A DNA stretch of 64,000 nucleotides from Candidatus Poribacteria bacterium (GCA_965222225.1 CBDCTK010000002.1:1536001-1600000), one strand, 5' to 3'. Counted from the stretch's first letter, positions 39,162 to 48,600 are shown. Made by a program: numbers and translations. The notes: generated by a model from the letters alone, not told the origin.

Positions 39162-40001
39162 ATGAAAGCAATGAAATCTGCCGTGAGTTTAGGACTTATC
39201 CTCTTTCTCTGCGTGTCGTTGAGTGGTGTTCTGTTGGTGTTGGACGCCTCGGCGAAAATCACGCCGAAAGAGACCGATGTCCCCACGGGATTCTACGCCA
39301 TTCAAAAAGGCGATACGCTATGGCACCTCGCCAAGAACTATCGGAATGATCCCCTATTGTGGCGGGAATTCGAGAAATATAACATCTTCACCAATCCGCA
39401 CCTAATCTACCCGAAGGAAAAACTCCAAGTGTCCGCGATGTGGGGGTTCCCCGGTGTCGCAATGCCCGAGCCGCCGGCAATGGTTGCCGAAATGGCAGCA
39501 AAGTCTGACTTGGATATGCTTAGAGCGAATTTTGAAGCCCATCTCATGAGCACGGCAGCCTCCCTTGAGGAAATCGGTGCCGAAGTTTCCGAAATTCACC
39601 AAGAGATTCACGGCATTCAGGAATCCATAACGGGACTGAAAAGCGCGATGGACATGGGCGGTGAGTCGCTCTCAATGGCGAACATGGAGAACTCGAAAGC
39701 CATCGCCGGTCTGAACGACTCCGTAATGGGTATCGGTAAGAAGTTCAAAGCGCACATCATGGAGATGGAGACGGCACACATGGAGCACGTCAAGCACGGC
39801 GAGCACATTGACGGTCACCTTGAGAATATTGAGAAGACGCTCGCCGGAATGAAGGCAGTGCAAGACGATACCCCCGGAAAGGTCGACAAGATTCTCACTC
39901 CCCCGGCGAAGAAAAAGTACAAAACACGTCCGATCGCCTTCCTGACAGCATTGGTTGGCGGAGCCGCGTGGGTAGCCGTGAACTCTCTCGGCGATCGCTA
40001 A
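39162..40001 (+). CDS. LysM-domain protein with coiled coil and C-terminal membrane anchor
   Basis: Signal peptide; YAIQKGDTLWHLAKNY...LW......N...NPHLIYP.EKL; basic patch then hydrophobic tail; AAGGAG RBS. Confidence 0.8.
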   Translation: MKAMKSAVSLGLILFLCVSLSGVLLVLDASAKITPKETDVPTGFYAIQKGDTLWHLAKNYRNDPLLWREFEKYNIFTNPHLIYPKEKLQVSAMWGFPGVAMPEPPAMVAEMAAKSDLDMLRANFEAHLMSTAASLEEIGAEVSEIHQEIHGIQESITGLKSAMDMGGESLSMANMENSKAIAGLNDSVMGIGKKFKAHIMEMETAHMEHVKHGEHIDGHLENIEKTLAGMKAVQDDTPGKVDKILTPPAKKKYKTRPIAFLTALVGGAAWVAVNSLGDR

Positions 40002-40024
40002 TAACCGAACCGGCACAAACGACC

Positions 40025-40067
40025 AAAAAGCAGGGCAAATGCTCAACGGCATCCGCCCTGCTTTTTT
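40025..40067 (+). terminator. Intrinsic terminator, possibly bidirectional
   Basis: AAAAAGCAGGGC...GCCCTGCTTTTTT. Confidence 0.85.
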
Positions 40068-40104
40068 CGTTTCAACATTCTATAGTCATCTATATTCATA
40101 TTGT

Positions 40105-40260
40105 AGTATGTAGGGTGCGATCAACCGAGCGATCAAGGAAGCGAATAGCGACCGCGATAGAGATCTTCTAGCGAAGGATCAAGTAGTATGTAGGGTGCGC
40201 ACTGCGCACCAGCCTTTGAAAGCCCTAGCGAAGGATCAAGCGATCAAGCGAGTGCGATAG
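40105..40260 (+). repeat. REP / GA-hairpin cluster
   Basis: One complete 30-nt unit at ~40131, truncated units, REP at ~40190. Confidence 0.8.
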
Positions 40261-40379
40261 AAGATTATGATAAAAATCCACGCCCTCCACCGCCCTTCTA
40301 ACACGCGTGCTATTGCGCACCTATCAAACGTGCACACATCACGTCTGTCACTGGCAACTAGACCCCAACCACTGCCATT

Positions 40380-40961
40380 ATGTCCCAACTTGAATACATA
40401 GTCGATCGCCTAACCGAACTTTCGGGCGACCGAATCAGCGAAATTGGTGAATCCATGAGGACCGGTTTGGGCTGGGTCGGCGCTAACACACTCGTCCTGC
40501 TCGCGGACAACGAGAAATGCCAATTTCACAGCGCCTCTGGTTGGCGGCGAGCATCGCGAATAATCGGCTTGGCACGCCAACTCGGAAAGCCCCTGCTCCT
40601 ATGGAATCTATCTTTCCACAACGACGCTCGGCGAACCCCAAACCTCGGTACGGAACGGGCGGCTCGAGACGCTCAACAGCACATCGTTCAATTTCCCTCT
40701 GCCATTGTTAGCGTTATTGAAGGCGCCCAAAAAAGAGACTTCTCAGCAGTCGAACTTGCTTTACCGGACGGTATCGTCTTTGTCGATGGCGCCGAAACGC
40801 TCTGGGGACACCTTACGATTTCACCGAGAACCATCGTTGCGAGCAGCGCTGAGGGAATTGCGTCGGGCATTTCAGGGCTGTTAGCCGAAATTGCATCAAT
40901 ACCCGCGAACGAATTAGCTTCTCAACGCAGGACGCGCCTCGCCTCAATCACCTTATCCTAG
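40380..40961 (+). CDS. Divergent, shortened AccA-like (carboxyltransferase alpha fold) protein
   Basis: SGWRRASRIIGLARQLGKPLLLW resembles AccA EGYRKA.R...LA.KF..P...F; IVSVIEG; C-terminal ELASQRRTRLASI. Confidence 0.5.
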   Translation: MSQLEYIVDRLTELSGDRISEIGESMRTGLGWVGANTLVLLADNEKCQFHSASGWRRASRIIGLARQLGKPLLLWNLSFHNDARRTPNLGTERAARDAQQHIVQFPSAIVSVIEGAQKRDFSAVELALPDGIVFVDGAETLWGHLTISPRTIVASSAEGIASGISGLLAEIASIPANELASQRRTRLASITLS

Positions 40962-41054
40962 GTAAGCGCCGCAATCAGCAAACAAACTACTCTTCTGTAC
41001 CTCTTGCAACCGTTGTTTTTCCCTTTAATTCCATGTCAATCTATGATAACCTTA

Positions 41055-41467
41055 AAACCTGTTTGAAAAGTACAGTTTGTAGTATGTAGGGTGCGATCAA
41101 CTGAGCGATCAAGGAAGCGAATAGCGACCGATCAAGCGAGTGAATAGCGAGGGCGATAGAAATCCCTTAACTCGACTCAGGAGATTTGTAGGGTGTGCAC
41201 TGCGCACCAGCCTTTAAAGCCCCACCGCGGGATCAAGGGAGCGAATAGCGACTGCGATAGATATCCCTTTTAAAGCCTGGCTGAAAAATACAGTTTGTAG
41301 GGTGCGATCAAAGGAATGAATAATGACTGCGATCAACCGACTGAATAGCGAGTGCGATAGAAGTCCGATAGAAGATCCCATAGGTATGAATCAGCCAACA
41401 ATGAAAACATGGAAAAACGTCCTCAAACTCTCAAAATGGCTTTGCCACCGATTATTCAAAGAGTCCC
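41055..41467. mobile_element. MITE-like element with imperfect TIRs and TTA target duplication, filled with REP and GA-hairpin units
   Basis: TTA|AAACCTGTTTGAAAA ... TTATTCAAAGAGTCCC|TTA. Confidence 0.7.
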
Positions 41468-41540
41468 TTAGATTTTAACGTAACGCGCATAATATATTCT
41501 GCCACGCACCATGTAACCCATTACCAACCCCTATTTCTCC

Positions 41541-42170
41541 ATGATTGAAAAAAACTTCCGGCCCTTCGTCAAGAAAATCCTACTTCCCATTGCGAAAGGC
41601 CTAACGGCAATTGGAATTACCGCGAATACGATCACACTCCTTGGTCTTTTAGTGAACGTCATCGCCGCATTCTTTTTGGCAACAGGACGATTCGTAGTGG
41701 CGGGAATCCTAATACTGTTCGGCGGGAGTTTCGATGCGATTGATGGCGTTGTTGCCCGCGTCAGCAACAAGGACGAATCCAACGCCTCCGGAGCACTGTT
41801 TGATTCCGTAATCGACCGCTATGCGGAAGCCGTTGTCTTTGTGGGCGCGATGATTTACTTCTATCACCTTTCCCACCTGCTAGGCGTGGTCTTGGTCTTC
41901 GCTTCCGTTATCGGATCTATTCTCGTAAGTTATGTCCGCGCCAGAGCCGAAAGCCTCCACGTCGAATGCAAAGTTGGTCTGATGCAGCGCCCGGAACGAA
42001 TCGTCCTCTTGGCGCTCGGCGTCCTCGCCCAAGGCATAATCATAAGATACTTCTCTTGGGAGTCCAACGGCATCATCCTCGTATGCGTATTTGCCATCCT
42101 TGCGTTAACGGCTCACATCACCGCGCTCCACCGCCTCGTCTTCTCTTATTCTCAGCTCAACAACCGATAA
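41541..42170 (+). CDS. CDP-alcohol phosphatidyltransferase
   Basis: DAIDGVVAR.....SGALFDSVIDRY signature; SYVRARAE; GLMQRPER. Confidence 0.9.
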   Translation: MIEKNFRPFVKKILLPIAKGLTAIGITANTITLLGLLVNVIAAFFLATGRFVVAGILILFGGSFDAIDGVVARVSNKDESNASGALFDSVIDRYAEAVVFVGAMIYFYHLSHLLGVVLVFASVIGSILVSYVRARAESLHVECKVGLMQRPERIVLLALGVLAQGIIIRYFSWESNGIILVCVFAILALTAHITALHRLVFSYSQLNNR

Positions 42171-42235
42171 CCGTTGCAGGTTGGGAGCGGTGATCGTCAA
42201 ATCGCCGATTTCATCTCTTGCCGCCCTCCGCCTTA

Positions 42236-42828
42236 GAACCTGTTTGAAAAGTACAGTTTGTAGGATCAACCGACTGAATAGGGAGGGCGATCAAGCGAGT
42301 GAATAGCGAGTGCGATAGAGTTTTTCAGGTGTATAGCAACGCCGAATCGCACAAATCAAAGCACCAGAGTGCGATCAACCGACTGAATAGGGAGGGCGAT
42401 AGTCTTGTAGGATCAAGCGAGTGAATAGCGAGTGCGATAGTCTTGTAGGATCAACTGAGTGGATAACGAAGGCGATAGTCTTGTAGGATCAACTGAGTGG
42501 ATAACGAGGGCGATAGTCTTGTAGGATCAACCGACTGAATAGCGAAGGCGATAGTCTTGTAGGATCAACCGACTGAATAGGGAGGGCGATCAAGGGAGCG
42601 AATAGCGACTGCGATAGAGTTTTTCAGCTGTATAGCAACGCCGAATCGCACAAATCAAAGCCCCAGAGTGCGATCAAGCGAGTGGATAGCGAGTGCGATA
42701 GAAATCCTACCAGCCTTTGGAAATCCCATAGATATCCTACAGGTATGTAGCAGCCAAAAATGAAAACATGAAAACCCTTTTCTACAAATGCTCAAAAATA
42801 GCTTTACTATCTATTTTTCAACAGGCTC
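42236..42828. mobile_element. MITE-like element with TTA duplication, containing a 38-bp-period GA-hairpin array
   Basis: TTA|GAACCTGTTTGAAAA ... TTTTCAACAGGCTC|TTA. Confidence 0.75.
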
Positions 42829-42837
42829 TTACACAAA

Positions 42838-45042
42838 CTACCGGTTCCACAAGTATCCCAGCTTGAATACGATCACTCGGTTTTCCAGTCGCAGCATGTC
42901 CGCGTCCTTCCGCCACCCCTCATTATATCCGACAAATAAGTTGCTCTTTGGGCTGTACTCCCACCCAAACAGAAAACTCACCAAATAGTCTTCAGTAATC
43001 TGTAAATTAGCAAATGCAGTATGTTCGCGAGCCGCCTGCGTGAAGACACGAAAGAACACATCTCTAGTGAACAGATAAGTACCCCGGAAAGAACCTACGA
43101 GGAATCGTCCATCAATTTTCCGCTGTTCATCTAAGCTCTGGGCAAAACTTCCGCGGAGGTCAATCGTAAAGTTGCTTCGTGGTCGAACAGTAGCGGCAAG
43201 AGAGGCTACCCGCTGTAAACCAATGGTCTGTTGCGCGAAGTTGTAGTAATCCGATACGTTAAACCTTAACGATCCGGCAATAGGCTTGGAACGGTTTGTG
43301 TCAATATCCACCGCGAAATAGTTCGCGCCAAAGATGTTTGTCAACTCAATCTCCCTGCTGTGTTCGTACACTGCGCGAATGCGGTTCAAAAAAAACTCGG
43401 TAAACACCAGTCCGGTGGTTAATTTCACATCCGCTGCGACCAAATCCTCCGCAAAGTCCCGAGCGAGCCCTAGTGTAGGATGGCCGCGCTGCCATTGTAC
43501 GAAATAGTCGTTTGTATAAAGCGTCTGAGAAACCCCGCTCCCCGCACCGAAAAACGGACGCCAGCGATTGTCAGTGCGGGCGCTATACGTCGCCTCGGCA
43601 TCCAGCCGTTGCCATCCTCGATACGGCTCCTTCTCGAGGAATCCTGTTTCATTCGTTTCAAACCGAGGTTCGACACGCTCCAACTCCGCCTTGATATCCC
43701 ACAAATAATCACGCTTGGCAAAATTCAAAATGTAGGCGCTCCCGCCCGCGATTCCGTCTGAATGCAGGCTGCGCGCGACCTGTCCCGTCGCATGATAGGT
43801 CTTGCCAAGCGCCAGACTCATGTCTGCGCCGACGACCCGACTGTAGCCATCGCCGTGTTCCCGATTTGTGAAGAGCATCCCAACGTTGGAGCGCTTGAGC
43901 ACATCGCGCTTCACCCGCACTGCAGAATACCATGCTTCCTCCTTGGATCTTGACGGTTTCCCGGCTTCTAGTTCATCAAAACTCCCGGTTAGAGCCCCGA
44001 GTACACCAATCGAATAACGGCTAACCTTGCCCGTCATTTTTCCGCCCCACAGAATGTCGCCAAGACTTCCAATGCGACGGCTAAAAAACAGGTCGAGCGG
44101 TGTCTCAAAAAGGCTGTTGCCCTCAACGAAAAACGGACGCTTCTCCGGAAACCGCGTCGGAAATCGGGTGAGATTAATTTCCAGCTGATCCGCCTCTACC
44201 TGCGCGAAATCGGGGTTCAGCGTGAAGTTCGTCCTTAGCGCACCCGATACGCTGTACTGCACGTCAATCCCTGTGGCCAACTGTCCCGCGACAGGCTGCG
44301 CGTGAGTCTTCGACGAGCCGCCCAGAGCGTAAGGTATGATTTCAAACGATTTCCCGGTTTCAATCCCGGAAAGCCCGACGAGGTGACCAAGATCGGACAT
44401 GCGTGTCCTAGCCCCGGCTTGTGTCATCTGTTTCCAGATAGTAATTTCGGACTTCCTGCGATTCAACCGTTCAATGTCGAATCCCCACACCTGCTCATTC
44501 GTATCGGGAAACCGAAAGTTAGCGAACGGAATCTTAAATTCCGCTGTCCAACCGAGGTCGTCAATTTGCGACTCCACCCACCAGACACCGCGCCAACTTC
44601 CATCAATTTGGGCGTCATCGTAACGATAGTTGTCCTGTTGGATACCGCTCGGAGTTGTGGCAAACTTATAACCCGTACGGTGGTCATGGTGGGGATCGAT
44701 AAAGAACGAGATGAGATCGGAAACGTAAATGTTGCCTCGCCGCGTGATGCGACTCACAATCTTGGCAGGCTCGGAGTCGTAACACCGGAACGCGACGTAG
44801 AGGTTGTGACGATCGTAGGCGATGTAGGCGACGGTTTCATCGGTCGCGGATTCACCGCGTCTCGGCTCTAGCTGGATGAACCCGGAGATGGGAGTTGCCG
44901 CATTCCAAGCGAGGTCATCTAGGCGGCCATCTATTATCGGAGGCGGGGTGTCTTCTAAACGGTATGCTGTAATGAGGTGCGATCCCAAGCCGTCTGTATG
45001 GCCCCAAAGCAGAGACGGGAAAAGGAGCAAAGCAAGAATCAT
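42838..45042 (-). CDS. CBM9-like / DUF5916 outer-membrane protein
   Basis: IDGRLDD.AW, YD..NLYVAF.C.D, GWTAEFKIPF..FRF, TLNPDFAQVEAD, FPEKRPFFVEG, LFFSRRIG; ends VFKLGYLW. Confidence 0.85.
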   Translation of the reverse strand: MILALLLFPSLLWGHTDGLGSHLITAYRLEDTPPPIIDGRLDDLAWNAATPISGFIQLEPRRGESATDETVAYIAYDRHNLYVAFRCYDSEPAKIVSRITRRGNIYVSDLISFFIDPHHDHRTGYKFATTPSGIQQDNYRYDDAQIDGSWRGVWWVESQIDDLGWTAEFKIPFANFRFPDTNEQVWGFDIERLNRRKSEITIWKQMTQAGARTRMSDLGHLVGLSGIETGKSFEIIPYALGGSSKTHAQPVAGQLATGIDVQYSVSGALRTNFTLNPDFAQVEADQLEINLTRFPTRFPEKRPFFVEGNSLFETPLDLFFSRRIGSLGDILWGGKMTGKVSRYSIGVLGALTGSFDELEAGKPSRSKEEAWYSAVRVKRDVLKRSNVGMLFTNREHGDGYSRVVGADMSLALGKTYHATGQVARSLHSDGIAGGSAYILNFAKRDYLWDIKAELERVEPRFETNETGFLEKEPYRGWQRLDAEATYSARTDNRWRPFFGAGSGVSQTLYTNDYFVQWQRGHPTLGLARDFAEDLVAADVKLTTGLVFTEFFLNRIRAVYEHSREIELTNIFGANYFAVDIDTNRSKPIAGSLRFNVSDYYNFAQQTIGLQRVASLAATVRPRSNFTIDLRGSFAQSLDEQRKIDGRFLVGSFRGTYLFTRDVFFRVFTQAAREHTAFANLQITEDYLVSFLFGWEYSPKSNLFVGYNEGWRKDADMLRLENRVIVFKLGYLWNR

Positions 45043-45056
45043 CGGTTACGGGTTAT

Positions 45057-45277
45057 TGTAGGCAGGATCAAGCGATCAAGCGAGTGGATAGCGAGTGCGA
45101 TAGAGATTCTTCCTCTAGTATGTAGTGTGCGATCAACTGAGCGATCAAGGAAGCGAATAGCGACTGCGATAGCTATATGTAGGGTGCGCACTGCGCACCA
45201 GCCTTTGGGGTTGAGTTCTTCTAGGGTGCGATCAACTGACCAAAAATCGCTTTGGCACCGATTATTCAAACAGGCTC
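45057..45277 (+). repeat. REP / GA-hairpin cluster ending in a MITE right end
   Basis: 30-nt units, REP at ~45179, TTATTCAAACAGGCTC|TAA. Confidence 0.75.
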
Positions 45278-45347
45278 TAAAGATTACTTCAAACGAAACA
45301 TCTTTCCTGTTTCCAGTTTTCTGAAGCACATGTGTTTCTCTTCCGCT

Positions 45348-46262
45348 TCATTTTTTCCGCGTTACCTCGGCTAACAAAGCCTTCATTCCGTAAAGGCGAT
45401 TCTCCGACTGCTCAAACACAATCGACCGCGGATCAGCAATCAAATCACCCGAAATCTCGTACCCCCGGTGCGCAGGCAAACAGTGCATCACCAATGTGTC
45501 GTGTCCTTCCATGATTGCCTTATTCAACTGATACGGCTGCATCAACTCAATCCGACGCTGTTTTTCGTCTTCAAATTCAGGATTCCCAAAGAACTCCATA
45601 TCCACCCAAGTATCAGTATAAACTACATCACTTTCAGCTATAGCTTCGCTGAGACAATCTGACAACCTGCACAACCCCGTCCGACATGCCTCTGCAAGCA
45701 GTGCTTCGTCAGCCGCCGCCGGATTTGTAATCGGCGCCACAATCGTAATCTCCATGCCAACCTTCATCCCCGCCGCAATAAGCGAGTTACACACATTGTT
45801 ATGGATCCCGACATAGGTGAGTTTCACTCCCTCTATCCGTCCTAGTCTTTCTTGGATGGTCATCAGATCCGCCAATATCTGGGTAGGGTGATACCGATCG
45901 CAACATCCGTTGATTATTGGAACCGATGAGACTTCCGCTGCCCGGATTACGTCCGCATGATTTAGTAGCCGCGCTAGAATGACATCAACATACGCTGATA
46001 ATACGCGAATTTCATCATGGAAGTCCGTCAAGACAAAATTTGTCACTCCCCAATCCAAGAAGAAGGCGTGCCCCCCTAACTGCGTCATACCCACCTCGCC
46101 GGCACAGCGAGTTCGAGTCGATGTCTTCTGAAATAACAGCGCGAGGCTTCGGCCGCGCATCAGGTCTTCAAACTTCTCCGGGAAACGCTTAATTTCGATG
46201 CTTTTCTCAACAACATCAAGGATATTTTCTCGCGTCCAGTCCTTGAGTGAAATCAAGTGCAT
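45348..46262 (-). CDS. argF: Ornithine carbamoyltransferase
   Basis: FQKTSTRTR, HPTQILAD, YTDTWVDM, HCLPAHRGYE, QSENR. Confidence 0.9.
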   Translation of the reverse strand: MHLISLKDWTRENILDVVEKSIEIKRFPEKFEDLMRGRSLALLFQKTSTRTRCAGEVGMTQLGGHAFFLDWGVTNFVLTDFHDEIRVLSAYVDVILARLLNHADVIRAAEVSSVPIINGCCDRYHPTQILADLMTIQERLGRIEGVKLTYVGIHNNVCNSLIAAGMKVGMEITIVAPITNPAAADEALLAEACRTGLCRLSDCLSEAIAESDVVYTDTWVDMEFFGNPEFEDEKQRRIELMQPYQLNKAIMEGHDTLVMHCLPAHRGYEISGDLIADPRSIVFEQSENRLYGMKALLAEVTRKK

Positions 46263-46623
46263 AACTCTTCTCCAAAGATAAACAATGAAAAATGTCGAAA
46301 AGCCTATTTAATCAGTCTACAATCCATCTTCGCCGTTCTTTTTCTTTCTCAAATTTCTAGGCTCAATACTTCGTTACGATTAGTCCGATTTCCACATCTG
46401 TTAATGTATTCTGCCCCAAAATAGATCAATGTTGGCAAACAGATGCAGCCGCTGTCCGCCAACATTGAGTTCAATACACGTATCACTGTCTTAGTTCATA
46501 GTCCAACTACCGACCGCTGGTCGATGTTTGGTCAGTTGCGTAGTCCTCATTGTATCATGTTCCCGACAAAATGCCAAACAAATACGAGCCTTGGGCAAAT
46601 AAACCTCGTGTTCCTGCCGCTGT

Positions 46624-47430
46624 TTATCCACTCCGTTTCAGTCTTCCCGTTCGTTTCGCATACTGTTCCCCCAAATGGAAAATCCAAAAACCGAGCGGGA
46701 TTGTTATGATGCCAATTATCAGCAGCAAAATGAGGTTGCCCGCTTGGTCGGCAATCGACGAATTATCAAGCATTGCTGCCCGAATGGACCTAAGCGCATA
46801 CGTCGCAGGGGAAATTCGAGATAACGGTTGAATCCATTCCGGCAATACCTCAATCTCGTAGTAGACGCCGGAAATCAGCAAAACAACGGATTGGAGGATT
46901 CCCGTTGCTGCCTGACCCTTTTCGGGCGAAAGCAGTGGAAAAATCGCCGCCATCAAGCCGATCCCGATAAAGGAAACGCTCGCGATGAGCACAGTCACTG
47001 CCAGCGTCAACCAATTGGCGTGACTTAGATCGATGTGCTCTCTGAAAAAGAGTGGCATCACCGCCAACACAATCCCTGTCCGCAACAGACCATACAGAAT
47101 AGCAAAGAGACACGAGCCGACAAGATGTGTGATGCGGTAAATAGGTGCCATAAACGTGTACTCAATCGTGCCCTCCCAGCGTTCCCATGTTATGGCATCG
47201 CTTACCTCTCTCATCATAATTGAAAGGAATCCCCAAATCAATGCGCCGATCACCAAGTAAAGCACGTCTTTTGCGGAGCCGCGCCCGACCATGATTAACC
47301 CAATCGTTAATGCATTGACGATTGAATAGGTGAAAAAGAGAATCTCCCAGTTGAGATACCGCTTGAGAAGATTGAAATTGCGTTCAATGAAAGCATAGGA
47401 AACCACAGTTTCACGTTTGATATCGAACAT
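46624..47430 (-). CDS. ABC-2 type exporter permease
   Basis: Multiple TM segments; WERWEGTIEY.FMAP; SGVYY.IEVLP.W.Q.LS..SPATY. Confidence 0.88.
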   Translation of the reverse strand: MFDIKRETVVSYAFIERNFNLLKRYLNWEILFFTYSIVNALTIGLIMVGRGSAKDVLYLVIGALIWGFLSIMMREVSDAITWERWEGTIEYTFMAPIYRITHLVGSCLFAILYGLLRTGIVLAVMPLFFREHIDLSHANWLTLAVTVLIASVSFIGIGLMAAIFPLLSPEKGQAATGILQSVVLLISGVYYEIEVLPEWIQPLSRISPATYALRSIRAAMLDNSSIADQAGNLILLLIIGIITIPLGFWIFHLGEQYAKRTGRLKRSG

Positions 47431-47433
47431 TGT

Positions 47434-48285
47434 CTACTCCACATCCTCCGCCAAATCTTTTCCGGTAAGCTCGATAAACACATCCTCAAGCGTAACCTGT
47501 TTGTCTTGCATGCTAATCTGGGCTTTGAGTTCCTTCGCCGTACCCGTGGCGATAAACTTGCCCTTGTCAATAATTGCAATGTGATCGCATAGGGATTCGG
47601 CTTCGTCCATATCGTGCGTAGTCAATAACACAACAACATCGTGCTCTTCCCGAATCTCATTAATCAACCGCTGTACATCGCGTTTCGATTTTGGATCTAA
47701 GCCTGTGGTGGGCTCATCAAGCAGCAGCAGAATCGGCGAGGTAAGGAGTGCGCGAGCGATAGCAATCTTTTGTTGCATGCCTCGTGAAAGATCTTCCATC
47801 GACTCATTCATCCGAGTAGAATCAAAGCCAAGCCGAACCAGAATCTTTTCAGCCTTGCCCCGAGCTTCGCCTGCCGAGAGATCGTAAAGCCGCGCGGCAT
47901 ACAGTAAGTTCTCTGTCGAAGACAGCCGCTTGAAAAACGAGGCCTCCACAGAAACCCGGTTAATCATCTGTCGAAACTTGAAGCTGTCGTTGACTACATC
48001 GTATCCAAGAAAGCCAATCTGCCCGCTATCAGGAAGTAGCAGTGTAGAAATCAATCGAATCAGAGTCGATTTTCCAGATCCATTGGCGCCGAGGATACCG
48101 TAAATTTCTCCCATTCCAACCTGAAACGAAACATTGTCAACTGCTTTGATGACCTCCTTCTCCCGTCTTAACTGATGACGGATTTTCTGGGAGAACGTCA
48201 ATTTACTATCTTGTGGGTACGGTTTCTTCCGGTAGAAATGTTTAACGAGTCGGTCAACTACCAAACCGTTTGATGTAATTATCAC
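47434..48285 (-). CDS. ABC transporter ATP-binding protein
   Basis: GANGSGKST, LSRGMQQK, LLLDEPT, TTH. Confidence 0.92.
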   Translation of the reverse strand: MIITSNGLVVDRLVKHFYRKKPYPQDSKLTFSQKIRHQLRREKEVIKAVDNVSFQVGMGEIYGILGANGSGKSTLIRLISTLLLPDSGQIGFLGYDVVNDSFKFRQMINRVSVEASFFKRLSSTENLLYAARLYDLSAGEARGKAEKILVRLGFDSTRMNESMEDLSRGMQQKIAIARALLTSPILLLLDEPTTGLDPKSKRDVQRLINEIREEHDVVVLLTTHDMDEAESLCDHIAIIDKGKFIATGTAKELKAQISMQDKQVTLEDVFIELTGKDLAEDVE

Positions 48286-48367
48286 AATATTCCTTTAGCC
48301 CGTCCCTTCATATTTGAGATATGCAGGTTTCCTTTCCGACTAACCACTAATCTCGACTTTGTACATT

Positions 48368-48600
48368 TGTAGGATCAACTGAGTGGATAACGAAGGCGAT
48401 AGTCTTGTAGGATCAAGTGAGTGAATAGCGAGTGCGATAGAGATCCCCCGCCCACCATTTCTTGTAGGGTGCACACTGCGCACCAGCCTTTGAGAGTGCC
48501 AGCGGCGATCAAGCGAGCGAATAGCGACACTGCGATAGAGATCCCCTGCGATCAAATGAGTGAATAGCGAACGCGATAGAACTCCCATAGAAATCCCAAA
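48368..48600 (+). repeat. Last REP / GA-hairpin cluster in the window
   Basis: About four 30-nt units and REP GTAGGGTGCACACTGCGCACC. Confidence 0.8.

Noticed and set aside
42373-42617. CRISPR array
   Set aside because: The variable parts are only 17 nt, share one fixed scaffold and recur elsewhere in the window; no cas genes are present.
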